Assembly: GCF_009914755.1 (NCBI RefSeq)
Contig: NC_060947.1
DNA length: 64,000 nucleotides
From: the human T2T-CHM13v2.0 reference genome, Homo sapiens
Reading direction: 5' to 3' (one strand)
Below, one piece after another: positions 29,520 through 41,738 of this stretch (within the stretch, counting starts at the first letter, position 1; each line of letters opens with the position of its first letter). A program made the position numbers and the translations under genes. The notes beneath the pieces were generated by a model that had not been told where the DNA came from, made no database searches, and saw only the letters and a program-made list of their open reading frames with translations.

Positions 29520-30026
29520 GTAATCAAAGCCTACCAATACACAATATTATCAAATCACAAAAGGAGATAGCAAGAGAGGTATAAAAGAACAAAATAACTA
29601 TAAAACTTTCAAAAAACAATTAACACAGTGGTAATAGTAATTCCTTAACCTCTCAATAATCATTTTAAATATATGTATTAAATTTTCCAAGAAAACACAC
29701 AGAATAGCTGAATTTGATTTTAAAAAAATCTAAATATATGCTGTCTGCAAGACTCAATTCAGCTTTAATCCCATCTGCGGACTGAAAGTAAAGGGATGGA
29801 AAATATTCCATGCAAATAGAAAACAAAATATAATATGTGGAGTTATATTTATATTAGACAAAATAGATTTTAAGTCAATTGCAGTAAGGACAAGAGACAA
29901 AAAGATCATTATATAATCATAAAAATGTCAATTTATTAAGAGGATATAACAATTGTAAATATGTATGCACTCAATATAAAATAATCTAAATACATAAGCA
30001 AATATTAATGTATCTAAAGGAAGAAA

Positions 30027-31232
30027 TTGGTGGAAAAATAATTGTGGTTTTCGACTGTGAATTTTAAATCATTATAACTAGGCTCTAACATCTTTATTCA
30101 TCAAAATAGGAACCATTACAATCTACACATTTTTGCCAATGAGAAACAAGTTTGCTTATTCCCGTAGTGTAAAAATTCATGCTTCAGGATTTGACGAACT
30201 CTTGGAAAGCATTTTCTGCATCCTGATGGTTGTGGAAGCATTTCCCTACAAAAAGTTGTCGAGATGCTTAAAGAAGCGGTAGTCAGTTGGTGAGAGGTGA
30301 GGTACTGACACATGCAGTCGGGCGTTGTCATGGAGAAGAATTATGCCCTTTCTGTTGACCAATGCCAACTGCAGGCATTGCCGTTTTCAGTGCATCTCAT
30401 TGATTTGCTGAGCATACTTCTCAGATGTAATGGTATTGCTGGGATTCAGAAAGCTGCAGTGAATCAGACTGGCAGCAGACCACCAAACAGTGACCATGAC
30501 CTTTTTTTGGTGCAAATTTGGCTTTGGGAAGTGCTTCGGAGCTGCCTCTCAGTCCAGCCACTGAGCTGGTCATTGTATAAAAATCCACTTTTTGTTGCAT
30601 GTCACAATCAGATCAAGAAATCGTTCATTGTTGTTGCATAAAATAAGAGAAGACGACACTTCAGAACGATGATTTTTAAAATTTTTGCTCAGCTCATGAG
30701 GCATGCACTTATCAAAGTTTTTCACCTTTCCAATTTGCATCAAATGCTGAATGACCATAGAATGGTTGACATTGAGTTCTTTGACAATTTCTTATGTAGT
30801 TGGATGAGGATCGGCTTTGATGATTGTTCTCAATATGTTGTTGTCAGCTTCCAATGGCCAGCCACTATGCTCCTCATCTTCAAGGCTCTCCCCTCCTTTG
30901 CAAAACTTGTTGAACCACCACTGCACTCTCTGTTCATTAGCAGTTCCTCAGCCAAATGCATTGTTGATGTTGCAAGTTGTCTCTGTTGCTTTGGAACTCA
31001 TTTTGAACTCAAATAAGAAAATTGTTCAAATTTGCTTTTTGTCTAACATAATTTCCATAGTCTAAAATAAGAATAAAATAAACAACAACAACATCATTAG
31101 CGAAATAACATAAAGCAAGAAATGCCTATTAAAATAATGTATATCATAACCAAATTTATTTAAGAATGTATTCCAATATCAAATGGCAAATCCCAAAATG
31201 TAAAAACCACAATTACTTTTGCACTCACCTAA
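30027..31232 (-). mobile_element. Hsmar1 mariner DNA transposon, near full length (about 1.2 kb)
   Basis: TIRs TTGGTGGAAAAATAATTGTGGTTTT and AAAAACCACAATTACTTTTGCACTCACCTAA followed by TA; match the Hsmar1 TIR TTAGGTTGGTGCAAAAGTAATTGCGGTT. Confidence 0.95.
30094..31058 (-). pseudogene. Hsmar1 transposase pseudogene (same family as the SETMAR MAR domain)
   Basis: Starts MEIMLDKKQI; fragment HLMQIGKVKNFDKCMPHELS...LDLIVTCNKKWI (decayed WVPHEL and TCDEKW); ends GSYFD; frameshifts and deletions. Confidence 0.92.
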
Positions 31233-32877
31233 TATAAATAAATATGATAATAGTAGCGGACTTAAATACTCCACCTTCAACAATGGATAGATTATCCAAA
31301 CAGAAAATCAATGAAGAAATGTTGAAATTTAACTATACTTTTGACCAACAGATGTAACAGACATATATAGAACATTCCAATCAACAACAGCAAAATATGC
31401 ATTCTTCTTGACACATGTAACATTATCTTGGATAGATCATATGCTAGGGTAGAAAACAAATTTTAACAAAATTAAGAAGATTAAAATCATCATATCTAGC
31501 ATCTTTTATCGCAACAATGTTATAAAACTGGAGATCAGTAACAGGAGAAAAAGCAGAAATTTTACAATTTATTTAGAAATTCAACAAGACACTCTTGAAC
31601 TTTCAAACAAGAAATCAAAAAGGAACTAAAAAATGTCTTGAGACAAATGAAAATGAAAACACAACACATCAAAACTTTCGGGGTACAGCAAAAGCAGTTC
31701 TAACAGGGAAAAATCATAGCAATAAAAAACTCAAAGCGCATTTAAGACTTTAACCTAAGATCTACAACCTTAAAACTTCTAGAAGGAAACGGGAAAATTC
31801 CATGAACTTGGTCTGCACAATAATATATTGGATATGAAACCAAAAGCACAGGAAACAAATGCAAAACAGAGAACTGGGACTACATCAAACTAAAATGCTT
31901 CTAAACTATCAAAGAAACACTCAGCAAAATGAAAAGACAACCTGCAGAATGGAAAAAAAAATATTGTCAAACTATGTGTCTGATATGGGTTAATATCCAA
32001 AATATTTAAGGAACTCATACAACTTAATAGCAAAAGAACTAACAACCTAGTTAAAAAAAATGGGTAAAATACTTGAGCAGAATTTTTCTTAAAAAATATA
32101 CAAATGGCCAACAGGTATATAAAATGGTATTGAACGTAATTAATCATTAGGAAATTGCAAATCAAAACCATGAGATAGATCCTCACACCTGTTATGGTAG
32201 CTATTATAAAAATGTCAAAAGATAGCAATGTTGGTGAGAATGTGTAAAAAAGTGAATCATTATACATTGGTGGTAGAAATGTAAATTGGAACAGACATTA
32301 TGAAAAATAATATGAAAGTTTCTCAAAAAATTAAAAATAAAACCACCATATTATCTCATACATTTGATCCAGCAATCCCATTTCTGGGCATATATCCAAA
32401 GGAATTAAAATCACTATCTGCACTCCCATGTTTAATTACCATATCATTAACAATAGCCAAGATATAAAAAAAGTGTCTGTCAACGATAAATTGATAAAAG
32501 TATAAACTATATATTAAATTATAATATGTTATATAAAATATAATCAACAATGGATAGATTATCCAATCGGAATATCATTGAAGAAATACTACCAATATAA
32601 TAGAATATTAATCAGACTTTAAAAGGAGGAAATCCTGCTATTTGTGACAACAACATGGATGAACCTGGGGAACACTATCCTGGGTAAATAGACCAGACAC
32701 AGAAAGACAAATACTTGATGATCCCACTTATGTGAAATATAAAAAGTCAAATTCATAGAAACGGAGAGTAGAAGGGTTGTTACCAGGGGTTAGGAAAAGG
32801 TGAATTGGGAATATGCTTGTCAACAGATAAAAACTTGCAATTATAAGATGTATAAATTCTGGAGACTTCATGTACTG

Positions 32878-33620
32878 TGTTAGGACTCAGAAACAGATAA
32901 CCCCAAATATGGTGCTTTGATAAGCTAATCTAAAGAAGAAGCCTTAAGGTCTCTCTCTTTGACTTTCCCTCACTTCTCTGTCTCTCTGATTCTCTTTCTT
33001 TTCTAAAGAACTGGAAAGGACTCTCTATGGAAGTTCCCTTGTTTGACTGAGAAAATGTCTAAACAAATTCCAATTGTCTTAAAATCCCCTCCCTATGAAT
33101 CTCATTAAATAACCTGGAAAGATTAAACACTGGAGAAGAGACTGGGGGTACTCACCAATCACAGACATACTTTTTGTCTATTCTTCTGAGCCTGTTTCAA
33201 GAGATTACCTGAGGGACTGTATTTGCATAATAAAACAACTTTTAGTTACAATGCAATTCCATCTCCTTACCTTTATGTAACTTGTCTAAAAGTTCTTGTT
33301 TGTCCTTTGATCCCATTCTGTGTCCATTATCAATCATTTCCAAACCATTTTCTGGTCTTCAGGCCCATTCATTTACAAGAGCCACCCCCCCAAACCACCA
33401 CCTAACCAACACCACTTCCCTCTCTGCAATAAGGTTATTAAAGCATCAACCATTGTAACCTTTTTTTGAGTTTTTCATAATTTTTATATGTTTCTCATGT
33501 ACTATTCATGTTAAATACATTTGTTATCTTTCTCTTATTAACCTATAGTTTGTTATAGGAGTGTCAGCCATGACACTTTATGAAGAGAACGAAAGAGATC
33601 ACTTCCTTTCCACTCTTACA
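32878..33620 (+). mobile_element. ERV1 solo LTR, MER39/MER34-like
   Basis: TGTTAGGACTCAGAAAC..ATAACCCCAAATATGG...CTCTTACA; 4-bp TSD ACTG / ACAG; splits the L1 3' UTR. Confidence 0.75.
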
Positions 33621-34799
33621 ACAGCAATGGTGACTATAGTTAATAATAATAATGTATTTTATACATAAAATTTGCTGAGAGTAGATCTTAAATAGCCTCA
33701 GCACAAAAAAGGGTAACTATGTGAGATAAAAATATGTTAATATAATTTTGGTAATAATTTCACAATGTACACTTATATCAAAACTTCATGTTACCTTAAA
33801 AATATACAATTTTATTTGGTCAAATATATTTCAGTAAAGATGAGGAGAGACGAGAAAGCAAAAGAATCAAGAATTAAAAGGGAGAGATAGTTCCTGGACA
33901 AAAATGCTTTCCAATTTCTTTACAGATCCTGATCCATTATTTTCTAAAATCTAGTTTACAAGTTTTTGTTCTATAATATCACATACCTTTCCAATGTATA
34001 CATACTTGTTCATTTTAACCTGATTCCATCTGAGTGAATATGTTGGAAGAATAATAAGAGTATCTCTTTTTGGAACCCTTCATCATCTCACAAAAAGTCT
34101 TGCCTCTTTATCCCATAAAAACTCTGACCACATAAGTTATTGCTTATTTTCATAGCAGAAGGTTCTATGCAAAATACAGTCTTCATTAGTGTGATGATCA
34201 ATTCAGATTTTAAAATGTCCTAATCTTTATCAGTGCTTACTAGACAAAGAATTCACAGACTGTGTACAAATTCTTTAGACTTTAAGGCTTTGAGCCTGAA
34301 GCTTAAGCACATTACTACAATTTTAGAAAAGATATATGTAAGACAAAGCAAATCTAACTTTTAAAGCAATTATTAATCTTTTTCAGAGAATAGTGATGAT
34401 TCTATTTTAAATCTTCTATTTGTTGTTAATGATTCATAAAATAATCACATTTTGTTGCAATGTGTTAGGCTGATTCAATCATACAATGTAAATAATGTAT
34501 GATTAATTAATATAATTTGACTGAAATTATTGCCCAGAAAGTATCAAAAGAAAAAACAAATCATTTGGTGAAAACTTAATGTAAGTATTTTTTTCCAAAT
34601 AGATACTTGATTGCTAAAAATTTTTTTTGTGAATGTTCACAATTGGTTCTGACATGAATTTAAAAAATGGGAGAAATGGATTCTATTAAAATTGATCATC
34701 TTAAATATTCCTATTTCAAGAATTTCTATTTAAAAAGCATATGTATCTTAACCATAATATTAACATTTTAGAAGAGTTTTGGGCAACACTTATAAATCA

Positions 34800-35238
34800 T
34801 GCTGTGATCCACCACACATACCTCCTTTCAGGGCTGAACGATTTATTTCCCTCAGTGGCTGAAAGCGCTGCTGTCTGACAAACTTCAGCCCCAAGCTGTA
34901 GAAAGCTGCCTCACCCTCTTATCCAGGGGTACCTTACATATATTGATCCTTGTGGGCTTAAAAAATTAACAAACTTGTTAATTTGTTAACAAATAAAAAA
35001 GTCCTGGTACCCTTGTCCTCTGCTGTGAAAATATTGCTGTATCATCTCAGTTTGAAATATTCCCACTGGGTCAGCTGAGCCCTTTATTGGGACTGAGTAA
35101 AAGCCAAACTTTTTCTTGGGCCAATCCTTCTTCTTTTCCTTTCTCCACAGGTGTGAATACAGAAGACATTCTGTAATAAACTTCCTGTATGATAATCTAC
35201 ATTTCAGAACTGGTTTTCCCTAGGAAACCAAACTAGTA
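34800..35238 (+). mobile_element. LTR16-like ERVL LTR
   Basis: 3' end TAATAAACTTCCTG.ATG.TAATCT.CAT.TCAGA..TG.TT.CC..GGAA.CCAA resembles LTR16. Confidence 0.65.
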
Positions 35239-35379
35239 CACCACTTATCTTCAAAGTTATTTTTGGAGTGAGATAAGGAACTGTATGTACTTCGATGTGA
35301 ATAAAGGAGTTCTTATGTTCTTAATGTCCAAATATTTTGCATAAAAATAATATCCATAATAGTGCCAATGTACTATATT

Positions 35380-36185
35380 ATTTTTTATTGTATACAGTTA
35401 AGTTTTACAAGCTGACATTTTAATATACACAGTAAAATAACTATTACACTTAGAAAATTAACATATCCATACCATCATAATTAACTTGTGTGTTTGTGTC
35501 TACGTGGTAAGAGCACTTGAAATCTACTGTCTTAGCAAATTTCCAGTATACAACGTAATACTATTAACTACAGTCATCATGCTGTACATTATATCTCCAG
35601 AGTTATTTATCCTACAAAACTGAACTTTACACCTTTTGACCTACATCTCCCCAACCCCCTCCCACCCCTGGTAACTGTCAAATGGTACCCTCTGTTTCTA
35701 TGTATTAGGCTTTTTGAAATTCCACATAAAAGTGAACTCATGCGATATTTTTGTTCTGTATCTGGCTTATTTCACTTACCATAATATCCTCCAGGTTCAT
35801 CCATTTTGTCAAAAATGGCAGAATTTTCTTTTTTTTAAGGATGAATAACATTCCATTGTATACATATACCACAATTTCTTTACTGATTCATTCACCGGCA
35901 GGCATTTAGGTTGTTTGCATATCTTGGCTATTGTGAATAATGCTGAAATGAACATGGGACTGCAGATCCCTTGCGAGGAATTGATTTTATTTCCCTTAGG
36001 TTTATACTCATGAAGGAATCGCTGAATCAAATGGCAGTTCTATTTTTAATTTCTTGAAGAATTTCATACTATTTTCCATAATGGCTGTACCAATTTACAG
36101 CTCTACCAACAGTGTACAAGGGTTTTATTTTCTCCACATACTTGCCAACACTTGCTAGTTCTTGTCTTCTTGATAATTGTTATCC
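35380..36185 (-). mobile_element. L1MA 3' end
   Basis: Antisense 3' UTR; ORF 35809..36030(-) FTIAKICKQPKC...LWYMYTMECYS is the ORF2 C-terminus. Confidence 0.85.
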
Positions 36186-37109
36186 AATTCACTATATTTA
36201 TATAGAATATTTCATCTTATAAAGTAGTATCAAGATACTTGAACTCGTGTGGTCCTCAGAATATCCCTGTGAAGATATAGGGAACATATTATTAACATCA
36301 ATTTTATCTTGTCATATGAAAACTGAAACATACCCATAATTAGGCAAAAAAGAGATTTATAATTCAAAGTCTATGTTTATGAATCACTACAAATGCAAGC
36401 TATCCATATTAAACAAAATACATATTTCTATTACATATAACACATATAATTCTACATTAATATAAATAGTTGATTAAGCATGTATTGGAACTATTTCTAA
36501 ATAATGCCTTTTAAGTAATAGTGATATTTAAATACTTAAGCTATTAAAAATCCTCCAAATTTATAAATATTTAAAATATGGTAGCTCAGGCAAGCACATG
36601 TTTATATATTTTGGAGTCATCGTCAATGCAGGCGCTAACTCTATGCTATGTTGCCCTCTAGAACATTCAGAATTACACTTTGTTCTTCAGAGTAGCAGAA
36701 TTCAGAAAGTCTCCCTCAGATTTTGTTACTCTAGTCAAGTCACATCCAAGAGATAAGCCAAATAATCAATTAAAGTAAGATCTTTATTACTAATTTCTTA
36801 TATTAGTTGGGTTATCATTTGAATAGTCATGTAGGTGAGGACCTTTTTGATATGGCCTAATTAGATTAGTCAATGCATCTCTCCCATAATAAGTTCTTTC
36901 ATGTAAATGTTTTAGAACTGGGTATAGCGATGTCTCAGACAATAAGGTCATCCCATATTCATTTATTTTTCATACTGTCTATTAGTCTGTTTTTCTAAAA
37001 CCTCATTTTGGGCCTTTGTCTTGTTCAGAATACTTCACTTTGGATTCTGAAAGGTCAAATGCGGCATCAGGGCACCCTGCAAAATAAGGCCCCTGCTTTT
37101 CTTTAGTTT

Positions 37110-37111
<2 letters not shown>

Positions 37112-37144
<33 letters not shown>

Positions 37145-37421
37145 GCGACGGAGTTTTGCTCTTGTTGCCCAGGCTGGAGTGCAATGGCGCGATCTCGGCT
37201 CACCGTCCGCCTCCCGGGTTTAAGCGATTCTCCTGCCTCAGCCTCCTGAGTAGCTGGGATTACAGGTATGCACCACCACGCCTGGCTAATTTTGTATTTT
37301 TAATAGAGATGGGGTTTCTCCACGTTGGTCAGGCTGGTCTCTAACTCCCTACCTCAGGTGATCTGACCACCTTGGCCTCCCAAAGTGCTGGGATTACAGG
37401 CTTGAGCCACCGCACCCAGCC
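37112..37421 (-). mobile_element. AluSp-like
   Basis: GAGTTTTGCTCTTGTTGCCC, CAATGGCGCGATCTCGGCTCACCG, TTGGTCAGGCTGG; about 31-T tail. Confidence 0.9.
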
Positions 37422-37452
37422 AATCTGGCTGTTTTAAAAAAGATGTTGCTAC

Positions 37453-38489
37453 TGTAGGGGCAGAAAGGTGTTACACCGTTTCTTACATTTTATAAGGATC
37501 ATGGCTGACACCCCAAGACAAAAGAAAGGTTAACAAACGAAAAGCACAACAAATTAATCAAAGTTTTACATGGCACACGAACCTTCAGAAATTAAGATTG
37601 AAAGGCATAGAGAAATCTATTTTTATACTTAAATTTAATAAAGATTAGACATCTGTGTAGAGATGTGATTGGACAAAAGAGTATGACGTAGTTTGGATAT
37701 TTGGTGTGCCCAAATGTCGTGTTGAAATACAATCCCCAGTGTTGGAGGTGGGGCCTGGTGAGAGGTGACTGGACCATGGGAGTGGATTTCTCATGAATGG
37801 TTTAGCACCATCACCTTGATGCTGTCATTATAATAGTGAGTGAGTTCTTGCAAGGTATGGTTCTTGAAAAATGTGTGGCACTTCTCTTTTTTTCTTTTTT
37901 CTTGCTCCTGCTCTGGACATGTAATGTGCCTGGTCTCCCTTCATTTTCTATAAGTATTCTGAGGGCTCTACAGAAGACAGACAGATGCTAGCATCATACA
38001 TCCTACACAGCTTGCAGAACTGTGAGCCAATTAAACCTTTTTCTTTATAAATTACCCAGTCTCAGGTATTTATAGCAATGCAAGAATTGCCTACTGCAGG
38101 GTATATAATTTAATGGTAATAGACTTAGAGGGAAAACCCAACAAGGCCTGTCTTTAAATTCTTCTTGACCTCTCTGTTGTAGCATTTTTTCCACAGGGTA
38201 TGGGGCAGGACTTTTTGGAATGAGAGTTTTCAAGAGAGAAGGGAGAAGAGAAAGAGTGACATTTCTGGATTTTATGGCTTGCATTGGGCAAGAGGAATTC
38301 TAGTTTCTATCACTAGACTTGGGGGAGAGAAATTCTCATTTCTATATCTCACTTTAGGGGAGACAGAGGTGTATAGATAGGACAAAGGGAGAAGGCTAGA
38401 CAGACCTTGATCGTGAGACTCTTCCAATTATATTTATTTCAGTATGAAAAGTCAGCATACTTTGGAGTCTCATGTTCTGAATTCTAACA
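37453..38489 (-). mobile_element. ERV1 solo LTR, MER34 family-like, split by MSTA
   Basis: Minus strand starts TGTTAGAATTCAGAACATGAGACTCCAAAGTATG and ends CCCCTACA; 4-bp TSD CTAC / TTAC. Confidence 0.7.
37684..38098 (+). mobile_element. MSTA solo LTR
   Basis: TGA.GTAGTTTGGATATTTG...GTTGGAGGTGGGGCCTGG...TATAGCAATGCAAGAA; 5-bp TSD GAGTA / GGGTA. Confidence 0.88.
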
Positions 38490-38966
38490 TTACCTAGTAG
38501 AATTGCAATCAAAAATAAAATTCAGTTGATAAATAGAGTAAAATTTTTGCTCTTTCAAACTTATTGGCAGGGAGTCATACTGCTACAAGTAACTTTTCCA
38601 TAATCAGGCTTTGTTAAAAAATTATAATTTATCTCTAATTTTAGAGTGAAACATGCTATTTGACCCCCAAGTATATCATGAGGTTTAGTTCTTCTCTTTA
38701 AAGAGAAAATTTCTAAAAATAACCTGAAAAAAATTTTCCGGTATACAGGCTGACAATTGCATAACATTTTCTCATTCCCCAAGTTTACATAATCACAAGT
38801 AAGATTGTAAGAAGTTTCAATTCTATGTATCTAGAGATTTTTCTTCTGAAAGAAGTACATCAATTCATTTATTGTGTTACATGAAAGAAGAAAGGGAATT
38901 TCATTTTTAACTTTTCAACCATGTATACATATAGTATTCATTCATTGGGTTTTTGTTAAAGGTTGT

Positions 38967-41738
38967 ACAAAAAAAGACATAGGCTCCCACACAATAATGG
39001 TGGGAGACTTCAACACTTCACTGATAGCATTAGACAGAGCATTGAGGCAGAAAATTAACAAAGATATTCAGAACCTGAGCACAACATTGAAGGAACAGAT
39101 CTGATAGACCTCTACAGAACTCTCCAATCAAAAACAACAGAATATACACTCTTCTTATCGCCACGTGGAAAATACTCTACAATTTACCACATAATTGGAC
39201 TTAAAACAATCCTCAGCAAATGCAAAAGTACCAAAATTATACTAATAAATGCTCAGACCACAGCACACAAAAAAATATAAGTCAAGACTTAAAAAAATTT
39301 CTAAAAGTCATGCAATTACAGAGATAGTGATCAACATGATCCTGAATGACTTTGGGTAAATAATGAAATTAAGGCAGAAATCAAGAAGTCATTTGAAACT
39401 AATGAGAATGAAAATACCACATAACAGAATATCTGGGACACAGTGTTAAAAGGGGGAATTCATAGCACTAAATGCCCACATTAAAGTTAGAAAGATCGCA
39501 AATTAACAACCTAAAATCATAACTGAAACAAATAGAGAAGCAAGAGCAATCCAATGGCAAAGCTAGCAGAAGACAAAAAATAATCAAAATCAGAGCTGCA
39601 CTGAAGGAATTCAAGACATGAAAGACCATTTAAAAGATCAACAAATCCAGTTGTTTTTATTTGAAAATTAATAAGGTATATAGGCCACTAGCTAGACTAA
39701 TACAAAAGAGAGAAGATCTGAAGAAACGAAATTAGAAATGATAAAGGGGATGTTACCACTGACTACACAGAAATAAAAATAACCATTAGAAGGTACACAA
39801 CCACCTCTATGCACACCAACTACAAAACCCAGAAGAAATTGATAAATTCCTGAACACACACACACCCTCCAAAGACTAAATCAGGAAAAAAATGATTCCC
39901 TGAAAAGATCAACAATGATCTCTGAAATTGAATCAATAATAAATAGCCTACCAAAAAAAAAAAAAAAAAAAAAAAAAAGCTCAGGAACAGATAAATTCAA
40001 AGCCAAATTCTACAAGATGTACAAGGAATAGCTAGTATCATATCTACAGAAACTATTCCGAACAATTGAGGAGTAGCCCCTCCCCGACTCATTCTATGAG
40101 ACCAGCATCATCCTGATGGCAAAATCTGGCAGAGACACAACAACAACAAGGAAAACTTTAGGCTAATATTCACGATAAACAACTGTGCAAAACTTCTCCA
40201 CAAACTACTTGCAAACTGACTCCAATAGCACATCAAAAAGCTATCCAACCATAATAAAGTAGGCTTCATCCCCAGGACACAAGATTGGGTAAACATGCAA
40301 ATCAATAAATGTTATCAATCACATAAACAGAACTAAAGAAAAAAACCACGTGATTATTCTAATCGATGCAGAAAAGGCTTTCAATAAAACTCAACATCCC
40401 CTCATGTTAAAAACTCCCAATAAACTAGGTATTGAAGGAACGTATCTAAAAATGATGAGGCATGTGTGATAAACCCACAGCCAACATCACACTGAACGGG
40501 CAAAAGCTGAAAACATTCCCCTTGAAAACAAGCACAAGACAAAGATGCCTTCTTCACCACTCTTACTCAACATATTTTTGGAAGTCCTGGTTATAGCATT
40601 CATATACGAGAAATAAATAAAGGGCAACTAAATAGAAAGAGAGTTAATCAAACTATCCCTGTTTGTAGACAACATGATTTGGATGCATGTGTCTTTGTGG
40701 TAAAATGACTTACATTCCTCTGGGTATATACCCAGTGATGGGATTGCTGGGTCTTCTTTTCAGAAGTGTCTATTCATGTCCTTTGCCTATTTTTAATGAG
40801 GTTGTTGGTTTTTCTCTTGTAAATTTGTTTAAGTTTCTCATAGATGCTGGATATTAGACCTTTGTCAGATGCATAGTTTGCAAATATTTTCTTCCACAAA
40901 AGAAGACATGCATGTGGCCAATAAGAGTATGAAAAAAACCTCAGTATCACTGATTCTTATGGAAATGCAAACTAAAACCACAATAAGATATTATCTCACA
41001 TCACTCAGAATGTCTATAATTAAAAAGTCAGAAAATAACAGATGCTGGCAAGGTTGCAGAGAAAAGAGAACACTTATAGAATTTTGATGGGAGTGTAAAT
41101 TAGTTCGGCCTTTGTGGAAAGCAGTATGGTGATTCCTCAAAGAGCTAAAAGCAGAACTACAATTCGACACAGCATTCCCATTACTGGGTATATATCCCGA
41201 GAAATATAAATTATTCTACTATAAAAACACATGCACATGAATATTCATTGCAACACTATTCACAACAGCAAAGACATGAAATCAACCTAAATGCCCATCA
41301 ATGGCAGATTCTATAAAGAAACTGTGGTACATATACACCATTGAATACTATGCAGTCATATAAACAAAAAAGATCATTTTTTGTGAGAACATGGATGCGA
41401 CTGGAGGCTACTATTCTTAGCAAAGTAACATGGGAACAGAAAACCAAATACCTTATATTTTCACTTATAAGTGTGAGGTAAATGATGAGAACTCATGAAC
41501 ACAAAGAAGGAAACAAGAGACACTGGGGTCTACTTAAGGGTGGATTTTAGGAGGAGGGAGAGGAGCAGAAAAGGTAACTATTAGGTACTAGGCCTAATAT
41601 CTAGGTGATGAAATAATACGTACAGCAAACCTCCATGACACAAGTTTACCTATATAAAAAACCTTCACATGTACACCCAAACCTGAAATGAAAGTTTAAA
41701 AATAAATAAATATATATATAAAAATAAAATAAAAGAAG
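38967..41738 (+). mobile_element. Older L1PA (about PA13-16), 5'-truncated and internally rearranged
   Basis: ORF2 from IMVGDFNT; inverted pieces at 40681-40895; 3' UTR and A-rich tail; TSD TAAAGGTTGT at 38957 and 41739. Confidence 0.85.

Larger units (their letters stand above)
27030..33850 (+). mobile_element. Old L1M/L1MA element from 5' UTR to 3' end, with about 2 kb of ORF2 deleted near 31730 and three nested inserts
   Basis: 5' UTR, ORF1-like, endonuclease-like (TGCTGTCTGCAAGA, TCTTGGATAGATCATATG) and 3' UTR sequence in order. Confidence 0.75.

Noticed and set aside
30094-31058. Functional or domesticated transposase (SETMAR exon)
   Set aside because: Frameshifts, deletions and mutated catalytic motif; no SET-domain exons nearby
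30312-31065. Plus-strand ORFs of 82-115 aa
   Set aside because: Antisense frames of the Hsmar1 transposase pseudogene
36691-36774. Possible 84-nt cassette exon (TTGTTCTTCAG ... AAA/GTAAGA, one open frame)
   Set aside because: No recognisable protein similarity or partner exons; such splice-like pairs are common by chance and need RNA evidence
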